The position numbers were made by a program, and so were the translations under genes. The notes beneath the pieces are model-generated. The model searched no databases and had not been told where the DNA came from. It saw nothing but the letters and a program-made list of their open reading frames with translations. From a virus (Duplodnaviria; Caudoviricetes): 62,833 bases of DNA. Of this stretch, positions 1 to 8,148 are shown in pieces; position 1 is the first letter of the stretch; every line of letters starts with the position of its first letter. The stretch lies in IMG/VR virus record IMGVR_UViG_3300023184_000120, positions 1 to 62,833 of that record, one strand, 5' to 3'.

Positions 1-4
1 AAAC

Positions 5-21
5 GGGGAGTAACTCTCCCC
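5..21. repeat. GGGGAG-N5-CTCCCC palindrome, intergenic copy
   Basis: GGGGAG TAACT CTCCCC read directly; one of seven copies. Confidence 0.85.
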
Positions 22-47
22 ATTCTTTTACATCAAGGAGTTTCATT

Positions 48-1154
48 ATGTGTTTAATTATTACTGGCAAGTCTTCCAAAGTTCGTTCAACCCTGCTCAA
101 CACGCACGGGCTACTGAGCGACATCTTCACATCCAACCCTGACGGCATCGGCTTTATGTACGGCACTGCCAAGGGACTGAAGGTTACCAAGACTTTGCCT
201 AAGAATCTTGGCGATGCTACTGCATTCATTCAGCGCTTGCCTAATGACGATCGTGAGATTGCCATTCACTTCCGCTGGACTACGCACGGCAAGACTGACA
301 TGATTAACTGCCATCCGTATGATGTGATTCCTGGCTACATCGCCATGATGCACAACGGCATCCTGCACACAGGCAATACTGCTGACAAAACCAAGTCAGA
401 TACGTGGCACTTCATCAATGACTACTTGCACACCGCTGTGTCTGCGTCACCTGACCTCGTGTATGACAAGGGCTTCGTTGATATGCTCGAGGAGTTCATC
501 GGCAACAATCGCTTTGTGTTCATGAATGGCGAGGGTCGTATGCAACACGTCAACTTCGATCAGGGCATCGAGCACGAGGAACTGTGGTTCAGCAATACCT
601 ATGCGTGGTCTCCATCACGCCTGATCCCCAGCTACAAGAGTGCGACACTCAAGTCATACAGTTACACGAGCAGCTACGGCAGCTACATGGACGACGAGTA
701 CGACGAGATGTACGACTACAACGCAAGCTTCGGTATCAAGCCCCGCTTGGTCAGCGCACACAGCGCCAACTACGACGAGACAGCGTATGACTTTCCTGAT
801 GACGAGGATGGCTTCGTTCAGCCTACCCCTGACGACATTGCCTGTGCGTTGACCGAGGCTGACGTAGAGACGATGGAGGTATGGCTTGACCAGATGCCTG
901 CGTACACAATCACTACGCTACTGCACTGCTATAAGCCTTCGCCTCTGAGCTACACACATCGTGATGACTTATGCTTTGCCGAGCAGGGCATCTACGATAT
1001 GCTGATGGAGGGCGATGCGTCTGGTCTTATCAGTTCAGTGACCAAGTCGTATGGCTCAGTCGGCATCGTTGCCGAGGTGATGTGCTACTACCTGCAATGG
1101 GATGTACGCACACCTGTATCGTTCAAGCCAACATTGCCTGCACTGTTGACTTGA
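48..1154 (+). CDS. Class II (Ntn) glutamine amidotransferase with acidic/Tyr-rich C-terminal extension
   Basis: N-terminal M-C nucleophile; NPDGIG, HFRWTTHG, NCHPY, MHNG, SDT and WFSN motifs; AAGGAG RBS upstream. Confidence 0.9.
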   Translation: MCLIITGKSSKVRSTLLNTHGLLSDIFTSNPDGIGFMYGTAKGLKVTKTLPKNLGDATAFIQRLPNDDREIAIHFRWTTHGKTDMINCHPYDVIPGYIAMMHNGILHTGNTADKTKSDTWHFINDYLHTAVSASPDLVYDKGFVDMLEEFIGNNRFVFMNGEGRMQHVNFDQGIEHEELWFSNTYAWSPSRLIPSYKSATLKSYSYTSSYGSYMDDEYDEMYDYNASFGIKPRLVSAHSANYDETAYDFPDDEDGFVQPTPDDIACALTEADVETMEVWLDQMPAYTITTLLHCYKPSPLSYTHRDDLCFAEQGIYDMLMEGDASGLISSVTKSYGSVGIVAEVMCYYLQWDVRTPVSFKPTLPALLT

Positions 1155-1160
1155 TGTGTA

Positions 1161-1184
1161 GCGGGGGTTCGCCCCCGCATTTTT
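1161..1184 (+). terminator. Intrinsic terminator-like hairpin
   Basis: GCGGGGG-TTCG-CCCCCGC followed by ATTTTT, just after the GATase stop. Confidence 0.7.
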
Positions 1185-1202
1185 AACCCAAGGAGAAACT
1201 AA

Positions 1203-1352
1203 ATGAAAGTCAAAGAACTGATCGCGCACTTACAGCAGTGCGACCCCGAGACGGAGGTCTACACCTTCGACGACCACGAGATACACGCGATCGATTATGT
1301 CGATGCAAGCATGACCGAGTGGGTACACCTTAACTTAGGAGAACTGCAATGA
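1203..1352 (+). CDS. Small hypothetical protein (49 aa, MKVKELIAHLQQCDPE...)
   Basis: Translated by hand; AAGGAG RBS; ATGA overlap with next gene. Confidence 0.75.
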   Translation: MKVKELIAHLQQCDPETEVYTFDDHEIHAIDYVDASMTEWVHLNLGELQ

Positions 1353-1501
1353 AATTTGAAGTACGCAACCATAACGACACGCTGCTTGGCGTGTTCGACA
1401 ACGTGCATGACGCACTCAAGGAAGCCATGCTGTACAGGCACACAACGTGCAACCCAGCGTATGTAGATGAAGTAAAGGAGGAAGAAGAAGATGAAAGTTA
1501 A
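1349..1501 (+). CDS. Small hypothetical protein (50 aa, MKFEVRNHND...)
   Basis: Translated by hand; AGGAG RBS; coupled to neighbours. Confidence 0.7.
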   Translation: MKFEVRNHNDTLLGVFDNVHDALKEAMLYRHTTCNPAYVDEVKEEEEDES

Positions 1502-1673
1502 AGACAGCATTGCGCTACACCTGCGCTGTATCGAGGCAGACCTGCGGGACTACCTAGACAACCCTGTTGAATACAGGGCAAACAACACGCATCACATTGC
1601 AGACGTACACACCCTACTGCTCGATGTGATGGATAGATTAGGGATATCACTAACAGAAGGAGAGTCAGAATGA
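1491..1673 (+). CDS. Small hypothetical protein
   Basis: ORF track; AAGGAGG upstream; coupled array. Confidence 0.7.
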   Translation: MKVKDSIALHLRCIEADLRDYLDNPVEYRANNTHHIADVHTLLLDVMDRLGISLTEGESE

Positions 1674-1849
1674 CACCAGAAGAAATACAAGCACGCTTCG
1701 GCAAGGAAGCATTGGAGTCGTTATACGACTGCATCATGCAGAACCCAGTACACGCCTTGGCTGACTGGATTCTTTCGTACCACACCGAGGAGCAGATAGC
1801 TGAGTGGGTTCTTGGTTTGATAGCCGATGACATGGAGGACGAGGCATGA
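1670..1849 (+). CDS. Small acidic hypothetical protein (59 aa, MTPEEIQARF...)
   Basis: Translated by hand; AAGGAG RBS; ATGA overlaps on both sides. Confidence 0.7.
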   Translation: MTPEEIQARFGKEALESLYDCIMQNPVHALADWILSYHTEEQIAEWVLGLIADDMEDEA

Positions 1850-1938
1850 TGACACCATGGGAAAAACTAGAGAGAGTAGTACTTTTAGTTGCAGTAATTG
1901 TACTAATAACGGATCTTTTTTATTGGAGACCCTATTGA
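1846..1938 (+). CDS. 30-aa single-pass membrane peptide (MMTPWEKLERVVLLVAVIVLITDLFYWRPY)
   Basis: Translated by hand; GGAGG RBS; hydrophobic core. Confidence 0.65.
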   Translation: MMTPWEKLERVVLLVAVIVLITDLFYWRPY

Positions 1939-1964
1939 CTTCTGTCTACTCTTGGACAAATAAT
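1935..1964 (+). promoter_or_regulatory. Sigma70-like promoter with a 16-bp palindrome in the spacer
   Basis: TTGACT-18 nt-AATAAT; TGTCTACTCTTGGACA at 1943-1958. Confidence 0.55.
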
Positions 1965-1984
1965 ACTCACTCAAGGAGAAAATA

Positions 1985-2203
1985 ATGAACAACCCACCCT
2001 ACGACACAGGTAAGGTCAAGATCGGCTTGCTATACACCCAACCTCCCCCTGAATGTACCCCTGAATCCGATTGGGTTCAGGGTGTGCTGCTTGGTGACAA
2101 GCGGGTAATGGACGACCTCTTGCTCACCACCATACAGTCCATCGGACTTATCGCTTTCATTGTCATCGTCATGCTACTAACTGGAGGAACCTCAAATGCC
2201 TGA
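1985..2203 (+). CDS. Small protein with C-terminal transmembrane helix
   Basis: AAGGAG RBS; hydrophobic IGLIAFIVIVMLL. Confidence 0.75.
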   Translation: MNNPPYDTGKVKIGLLYTQPPPECTPESDWVQGVLLGDKRVMDDLLLTTIQSIGLIAFIVIVMLLTGGTSNA

Positions 2204-2858
2204 CATTCAAACTGCTTTCAAACAAGCGCTTAGCAAAACCTTACAACAGTGGGATGACGATGGGGAGACAGTCTCCCCACCTTCTACTACTATCAACACT
2301 ACTGTCAACAAAACTGTATCAACTCAGGAAATTCCCATGAAAAAAACTTTTGGCGTAACAAACAACGTCTCACGCGTAACCTTCCAATACATCAAAGACA
2401 ATCCCGGCTCCACGCGAAAAGAAATCATAGAAGCACTGGAGCGTCAAGATTTCAGATCAGACTCTGTGTCTAGCCTGATTGCACAGTTACGTCGCAACAA
2501 CATGGTTCACGAAACCAACAACTTGTACTACGCCGACGTTGACGAGTACCGCCCAATCAAATCGCTCAAGGCCATCAAGAAAATGGAAGCCAAAGCTGAG
2601 CCTGTGCCTAAGCGCAAGTACACTAAGCGTGACGTAACAGGCATTGGTGCGTTGTTGAAGGAGCGGCTAGAGAATATGCCTGCGCCTAGCCAAGCCGCAT
2701 TGGATGCCTCTGCTGCTTTTTCCACGGCTCCTGCACCACAGCGCAGAGCTTTCGTGTCCCTTGTACGCACACGTTCGCCCGAAGATATTTTGAAGGACAT
2801 GACTGTGTATCAGGCGCATGAGTTGTATGTCCACTTGAAGCATATGTTTGGAGGTTAA
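2196..2858 (+). CDS. Putative winged-helix DNA-binding protein
   Basis: YIKDNPGSTRKEII...SVSSLIAQLRRNNMV pattern resembles a wHTH; basic C-terminal half. Confidence 0.55.
   Translation: MPDIQTAFKQALSKTLQQWDDDGETVSPPSTTINTTVNKTVSTQEIPMKKTFGVTNNVSRVTFQYIKDNPGSTRKEIIEALERQDFRSDSVSSLIAQLRRNNMVHETNNLYYADVDEYRPIKSLKAIKKMEAKAEPVPKRKYTKRDVTGIGALLKERLENMPAPSQAALDASAAFSTAPAPQRRAFVSLVRTRSPEDILKDMTVYQAHELYVHLKHMFGG
2262..2278. repeat. GGGGAG-N5-CTCCCC palindrome inside a CDS
   Basis: GGGGAG ACAGT CTCCCC, encodes GETVSP. Confidence 0.85.
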
Positions 2859-2859
2859 G

Positions 2860-3111
2860 ATGAAAGATAAAAACACACCGGCATTTCCGTTGGTCGCAGA
2901 AGATCATACGGGCATGATGATAAACATGGGCATGTCTCTGCGTGATTACTTTGCGGCTCAGGCATTGCCCACTGCGGTGAAGCTAAACACACAGCAGTAC
3001 AACAAGGAACTTGGTGAAGCATGGTTTTGGGACGATGAAGAAGACGCCGAGTTTGCAGCAAACGTTGCGTACCAACTAGCAGACGCTATGCTGAAAGAGA
3101 GGCAAAAATGA
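2860..3111 (+). CDS. Conserved phage hypothetical protein (GMSLRDYFAAQA family)
   Basis: PAFP...GMSLRDYFAAQAL...AYQLADAML motif, common in proteobacterial phages. Confidence 0.8.
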   Translation: MKDKNTPAFPLVAEDHTGMMINMGMSLRDYFAAQALPTAVKLNTQQYNKELGEAWFWDDEEDAEFAANVAYQLADAMLKERQK

Positions 3112-3275
3112 ACTCAACTCAACTGCAAGCCGAATTGATTGAGGGTCTGACCCAAGAGATAGCCGAGACCATTGAAAAATACGAAGGCGCGATACACGTT
3201 TCAACTGTGCTGGGCGTGTTGGACACAATCAAGCACATCCTACTTTTAGAATCAGTAAAGGAACACAATGAGTGA
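3108..3275 (+). CDS. Small hypothetical protein (55 aa, MNSTQLQAEL...)
   Basis: Translated by hand; ATGA overlap; fills the gap in the operon. Confidence 0.65.
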   Translation: MNSTQLQAELIEGLTQEIAETIEKYEGAIHVSTVLGVLDTIKHILLLESVKEHNE

Positions 3276-3462
3276 CGCAAGTTTCAACAAAGAAGACTTT
3301 GACCGCATCTTTAGTATGCCTAAGAATGAGATCAAAGAGGACTACCCAATGATACGCAACGCTGTGCTTGAAGAGGTAGCGCTAGAGTTCGATGCCATGC
3401 GCATTGCCTTTGGCGACACAGCCCATAGCTTTGCCACGTATGTGAGGGACATGAAATCATGA
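3268..3462 (+). CDS. Hypothetical protein
   Basis: ORF track; RNAVLEEVA motif; coupled. Confidence 0.7.
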   Translation: MSDASFNKEDFDRIFSMPKNEIKEDYPMIRNAVLEEVALEFDAMRIAFGDTAHSFATYVRDMKS

Positions 3463-3716
3463 AAGGCAACGGCTCTTTTAGTGTTATGGATAGCAACAAC
3501 TTTGCAGTTAGCCCACAGCGAAATTTTACAAAGTGGTTAAACAAGCGAGGGTTTATGTGTTGGAAATGTCAGAAAGACAAACCCCGTCAAGGCGGCTCAG
3601 AAAAGATGATGGGCAAAGGCATTGAGGGCATACGCAGATTCATCTGCCAAGAGTGTGTAGAAGCTAAACAAAGGAGCATTGCGGCATGCCAAGACCCAAG
3701 CCTCCCGAACCCTTAA
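3459..3716 (+). CDS. Putative zinc-ribbon protein
   Basis: CWKC...CQEC pair. Confidence 0.6.
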   Translation: MKGNGSFSVMDSNNFAVSPQRNFTKWLNKRGFMCWKCQKDKPRQGGSEKMMGKGIEGIRRFICQECVEAKQRSIAACQDPSLPNP

Positions 3717-3895
3717 CGCCAAGGTACATACGAATGTCTGACTCTGAGTGGGAAAAGTTCCAAGAGATGGGGGGCGCTGACTGGCTACGCCGTGTCATGC
3801 GCACTCGTCCAAAGAACTACTACGCAGTGTTTGAGCGTCCAAGCAATCCTGCTGATAACATATTTATAAATCAAAGGAGAGAGATCAATGACTAA
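3686..3895 (+). CDS. Putative ribbon-helix-helix-like DNA-binding protein
   Basis: MPRPKP...YIRMSDSEWEKFQEMGGADWLR pattern; AAGGAG RBS. Confidence 0.55.
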   Translation: MPRPKPPEPLTPRYIRMSDSEWEKFQEMGGADWLRRVMRTRPKNYYAVFERPSNPADNIFINQRREIND

Positions 3896-3903
3896 GGTAC
3901 ACA

Positions 3904-4206
3904 ATGGCAGCAACACCTGAATCCAAAGTCAAGAAGCGGGTGCGTGAGATGCTAGACAAGCTGGGCATCTACCACTTCATGCCACCAGCCAACGGCTTTG
4001 GTCGGGCAGGTATTCCGGACATCATAGCCTGCATGGACGGACACTTCATAGCGATCGAATGCAAAGCTGGCAGTGGCAAGACAACAGCCCTGCAAGACCT
4101 TGAACTCAATCGCATACACAACGCAGGCGGAACAACATACATTGCACGGGAGAGCAACATAGATGAACTACAACAACTACTCAGGGAGAAAAGAAGTGGC
4201 TTATGA
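3904..4206 (+). CDS. VRR-NUC domain nuclease (possible Holliday junction resolvase)
   Basis: PESKVK...GIPDII...IECK...TALQ motif. Confidence 0.85.
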   Translation: MAATPESKVKKRVREMLDKLGIYHFMPPANGFGRAGIPDIIACMDGHFIAIECKAGSGKTTALQDLELNRIHNAGGTTYIARESNIDELQQLLREKRSGL

Positions 4207-4483
4207 AGACATGATGACCCAAGAGGAGCTTGAGCGCAGAGTCAAGGGTATGTCTGATGAGGAACAGGCACACTTCAAACTACTCATACACAAGCTAGTA
4301 ATGTGCTACGGCGAAGGCAGGGCGCAAGCTGTCGTCATAGTGGGTCGTGCCGAAGATCAGCTAGCAGGAGTCGTTACCCTAAACTGTAATGAGATGGAGG
4401 CGTCGCAACTCATGTTGGCGGCAAACGATTTTTTCGGCTTTCTAAACGTCCTAGACGCACCACCCAAGGAGAATTTTAATTGA
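4196..4483 (+). CDS. Hypothetical protein
   Basis: ORF track; start moved to GTG after GGGAG (uncertain). Confidence 0.65.
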   Translation: MAYEDMMTQEELERRVKGMSDEEQAHFKLLIHKLVMCYGEGRAQAVVIVGRAEDQLAGVVTLNCNEMEASQLMLAANDFFGFLNVLDAPPKENFN

Positions 4484-4686
4484 ACGATTGCCCAAACTGT
4501 GAGTACCACAAGAACCGAGCCGCCCGATGGCGAGCCGAAGCCTATGCGCAAGCAGGGCATGACGTCATTGAGCGCCCTTGGGTTGGGCTGACGGATGAGG
4601 AATGGCTATCGCTTGGATGCAAGTCCGTTGAAGAAGTACGCATCGGTCTCGCTATTCAAGCCAAACTCAAGGAGAAGAACGCATGA
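4480..4686 (+). CDS. Hypothetical protein with WVGLT...AKLKEKN module
   Basis: ORF track; C-terminal module shared with 34707..34934. Confidence 0.7.
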   Translation: MNDCPNCEYHKNRAARWRAEAYAQAGHDVIERPWVGLTDEEWLSLGCKSVEEVRIGLAIQAKLKEKNA

Positions 4687-4952
4687 CACAAGACGAAATT
4701 ATCAACTTGATTGAGGCCAATGGCCTGACCCTGCATGGCGACATTGAACACTTTGCTGCGCTTGTTGCCGACCACGTGTATGCAAAGTATTTGGAAACAC
4801 CTGAGCCCAAACAGTCAGGCACGATCTCAATAACTATGCCTGTGCCCATTGGATACCTTTGTGAGAACGCTGTGGGGCACAAATACTTCAGATGGAAGAA
4901 ACCGCCTAGCACGTACAAACCAATCCCACTTTACACGAAGGAGAAGAAGTGA
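4683..4952 (+). CDS. Hypothetical protein
   Basis: ORF track; AAGGAG RBS; coupled. Confidence 0.7.
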   Translation: MTQDEIINLIEANGLTLHGDIEHFAALVADHVYAKYLETPEPKQSGTISITMPVPIGYLCENAVGHKYFRWKKPPSTYKPIPLYTKEKK

Positions 4953-6919
4953 GTGCACCATACAAACAAATTATTACAGTTGACCTAGAAACCTACTGGG
5001 ACACCAAGGAAGGTTACACGCTCAGCAAAATGACAACAGAGGAGTACATACGTGACCCAAGATTCAAAGCCTTTGGAGCCTGCATCCATGAGTACGGATC
5101 AGACAAGCCAACACAGTGGTACAGGGGAGAAGAGCTGCCTCGCATCTTGGCTTGCTATCCTCAGTCTACTACTGCTGTTCTGGCTCATAACGCTCAGTTC
5201 GATATATCTATATTGGAATGGGTATATGACTGGCATCCAAGCTTTATCTTTGATTCTCTCTCCATGGCTCGTGCTCTACGGGGTGTTGAGGTTGGCAATT
5301 CATTGATGAAGCTGGCACAGGACTTCGGCCTGCCTCCCAAGGGCACTGCTGTGTACAACACCAACGGCTATACAGAACTCACGCCTGCCATGGAGAAAGA
5401 GTTAGCCGACTACTGCGCACACGATGTGTACTTGTGCGAGGAGATATTCAAACGCTTGGCCAAGGGCTACCCATCCAGTGAACTCAGGCTCATCGACATG
5501 ACGCTGAAGATGTACACGCGCCCTGTGCTGCAGCTTGACCCCAACATGCTGACCGACGCCATACTAGACGAAAAGGAAAAACGTGAAGCCCTATTACAGA
5601 AGCTCGACGTGGTGGAAACTGCACTGGCGTCGAATCAGCAGTTTGCTGCACTACTTACGAAACTCAATGTGGTTCCGCCAACCAAGACAAGTAAGACGAC
5701 TGGGAAAGAGACACTCGCACTCGCTAAAAGCGATGCCCTATTTCAAACGCTACTCAACAGTGAACGTGAAGACGTTGCCCTTCTATGTGAAGCGCGTCTT
5801 CGGGTTAAATCTACCACGGAGAGAACCAGAGCACAGCGATTCCTTGAGATCAGCCAAAGGGGTGCGCTCCCTGTTCCGCTTTCTTACTACGGTGCGCAGA
5901 CGGGTCGGTGGACAGCAAGCAAGGGTTCGGCCATTAACATGCAGAACCTCAAGCGAGGCTCGTTTCTACGCAAAGCGATAATGGCTCCCGCTGGCCACCA
6001 ACTCGTCGTCGGCGATTTATCGCAGATTGAGCCACGAGTTCTCGCATGGCTTTCAGACTACACAGACATGTTGGAAATCTTCAGGGCCGGTGGTGACCCT
6101 TACGCCGCGTTCGGTGCGCAGATGTTTAACATACCCGGACTTAGTAAAGAATCTCACCCTGACCTTCGGCAGTCAGCGAAGAGCGCGTTGCTTGGCTGTG
6201 GATACGGTCTTGGCTGGGCATCCTTCGCATCTCAACTTACTACGGGGTTCCTAGGCGCACCGCCAGTGCGATACGAGGCGGATTTTGCGCGGCAACTTGG
6301 CGTAAGCAAGAAGAAGGCGATCGAGTTCCTGAGTTGGCAAGACACCGAAGCCAAGCTTAGGGATATCCCGCATACCTGTAGCCTGTACGAGTTAGCCATG
6401 CATGCCGTTGCATCCAAGCGCATCATTGATATCTACCGAGCTACAGCGTACCCTGTTGTGGGCTTTTGGCAGATGTGTGAGAGACAGATTGAGTCGGCTT
6501 TGTACGATGGCAACGACTACACATACAAGTGCTTGACGTTTCGCAAGGGTCGTATAGAATTACCCAATGGAATGAGCTTGCACTACCCTGCTCTGAGACG
6601 AGAGAAGGATGAGAAGGGTAGAGACCAGTGGGTTTACGGCGCCGATGCAACCAAGTTGTATGCAGGCAAGGTAACAAACAATGTCACGCAAGCGCTGGCG
6701 CGTATTGTGATGACTGACGGAATGCTACGGGTATCCAAAAGATACTTCATAGCAGGCACAGTGCACGACGAATTGATCGCTGTTGTACCTGATGCCGAGG
6801 TAGAGGAAGCTAAGACTTGGGTCTTGGCGCAGATGACTATGGAGCCAAGCTATATGCAAGGCATACCATTGTCCGCTGACGGTGGCGCGCATCGTCGTTA
6901 TGGGTTAGCAAAAAACTAG
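4949..6919 (+). CDS. polA: Family A DNA polymerase with 3'-5' exonuclease domain
   Basis: Exo motifs DLET, HNAQFD, YCAHDV; TGRW; motif A DLSQIEPR; motif B RQSAKSALLGCGYG; motif C TVHDE. Confidence 0.95.
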   Translation: MSAPYKQIITVDLETYWDTKEGYTLSKMTTEEYIRDPRFKAFGACIHEYGSDKPTQWYRGEELPRILACYPQSTTAVLAHNAQFDISILEWVYDWHPSFIFDSLSMARALRGVEVGNSLMKLAQDFGLPPKGTAVYNTNGYTELTPAMEKELADYCAHDVYLCEEIFKRLAKGYPSSELRLIDMTLKMYTRPVLQLDPNMLTDAILDEKEKREALLQKLDVVETALASNQQFAALLTKLNVVPPTKTSKTTGKETLALAKSDALFQTLLNSEREDVALLCEARLRVKSTTERTRAQRFLEISQRGALPVPLSYYGAQTGRWTASKGSAINMQNLKRGSFLRKAIMAPAGHQLVVGDLSQIEPRVLAWLSDYTDMLEIFRAGGDPYAAFGAQMFNIPGLSKESHPDLRQSAKSALLGCGYGLGWASFASQLTTGFLGAPPVRYEADFARQLGVSKKKAIEFLSWQDTEAKLRDIPHTCSLYELAMHAVASKRIIDIYRATAYPVVGFWQMCERQIESALYDGNDYTYKCLTFRKGRIELPNGMSLHYPALRREKDEKGRDQWVYGADATKLYAGKVTNNVTQALARIVMTDGMLRVSKRYFIAGTVHDELIAVVPDAEVEEAKTWVLAQMTMEPSYMQGIPLSADGGAHRRYGLAKN

Positions 6920-6930
6920 GAGAAGCAGTA

Positions 6931-7230
6931 TTGAAGTTACCAACAAAAATAAGAGTAGGTAGGCGGTGGTACAGCGTGGAAGTCATTGAAGCTATGATCG
7001 ATAAGACTTACATGGGGCGTGTGCATTATGACGCGCAGCACATTCGTATCGGTACACGCAACCACACAGGCAAGCCGTTCACAAAGCACGAAGTCGGTGA
7101 TACCTTTTGGCATGAGCTTACGCATGCAATCTTGCATGACATGGACAGCCCTTTGTATCGTGACGAGCGTTTTGTATCGGCGTTTGCAACACGGCTTAAC
7201 AGAGCCATTAACACAGCGAAGTTCGAATGA
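6931..7230 (+). CDS. Small HExxH zincin-like metallopeptidase-fold protein
   Basis: TFWHELTHAIL followed by DERFV. Confidence 0.65.
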   Translation: MKLPTKIRVGRRWYSVEVIEAMIDKTYMGRVHYDAQHIRIGTRNHTGKPFTKHEVGDTFWHELTHAILHDMDSPLYRDERFVSAFATRLNRAINTAKFE

Positions 7231-7892
7231 AAAAACCAGCATGGTCACACAGCAGCCTTAAAGATTTTGAAGGTTGCCAGCGCAGGTATCACGAGGTCAA
7301 GGTCTTAAAGAAGTACCCCTTCCAAGAGACTGAAGCCACGCGGTACGGCAATCAGGTACATCAGGCGATTGAAGACTACATCAGGGATCAAAAGCCTATA
7401 CCGCCTGAGTACGAGCAGTTCCAGCCTGTCGTGGACGCCATGCTCAAGAAGCCCGGAAGAAAGCTAGCAGAGTATGAGATGGCGCTACGCGCTGACCTTA
7501 CGCCTACTAACTGGAAAGCACCTGATGTTTGGGTGCGGGGCATCGCTGACATTCTGATCGTTGACGACGAGAATCTTACGGCATGGGTGGGCGACTGGAA
7601 GACCGGCAACAACAAGTACCCCGACAGGGATCAGCTTGTACTAATGTCGCTCATGGTGTTCCAACACTTCCCACACATCCGTAAGGTTAACTCTGCGTTG
7701 CTGTTCATCGTAAAAAATGATATGGTGAAGATGCAGATGACACGCGATCAATCTGAAGCCTTCTGGTGGAAGTATCGTGAGCGTACTGCGCGTCTTGAAG
7801 CATGTTTTGAGACAGACGTATGGAACCCAAATCAAACCCCACTATGCGGCTGGTGTCAGGTCACTGGCTGTGAGTTCAACCCTAAGCATTAG
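7227..7892 (+). CDS. PD-(D/E)XK exonuclease (RecB/Cas4-like)
   Basis: WSHSSL..F..C, G..VH, GIADIL, DWKTG, QL; C-terminal CxxC...C cluster. Confidence 0.88.
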   Translation: MKKPAWSHSSLKDFEGCQRRYHEVKVLKKYPFQETEATRYGNQVHQAIEDYIRDQKPIPPEYEQFQPVVDAMLKKPGRKLAEYEMALRADLTPTNWKAPDVWVRGIADILIVDDENLTAWVGDWKTGNNKYPDRDQLVLMSLMVFQHFPHIRKVNSALLFIVKNDMVKMQMTRDQSEAFWWKYRERTARLEACFETDVWNPNQTPLCGWCQVTGCEFNPKH

Positions 7893-7900
7893 GAACAATC

Positions 7901-8134
7901 ATGGCCACAAGAAACTATCGGTCAGAGTACGTTAACTACCAAGGCAAACCCGATCAGATCAAGAAGCGAGCAGAGCGCGTTAAGGCTCGCCGGATGATGG
8001 AGAAGACGGGAGCAGCCACCAAGGGTGACGGCAAAGATGTGGATCACATCACGCCCATGCGCTCAGGCGGCACATCAGCCAAAGGTAACTTGCGTATGCG
8101 TAGCAAATCTGCCAACAGAGCAGACAATAAATAA
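7901..8134 (+). CDS. Small HNH-motif protein
   Basis: DVDHITPMRSGG...NLR...NR. Confidence 0.8.
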   Translation: MATRNYRSEYVNYQGKPDQIKKRAERVKARRMMEKTGAATKGDGKDVDHITPMRSGGTSAKGNLRMRSKSANRADNK

Positions 8135-8148
8135 TCCTCGGAGAAGCA

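Noticed and set aside
7227-7892. Cas4 indicating a CRISPR system
   Set aside because: A stand-alone PD-(D/E)XK exonuclease in a replication module is ordinary for phages.
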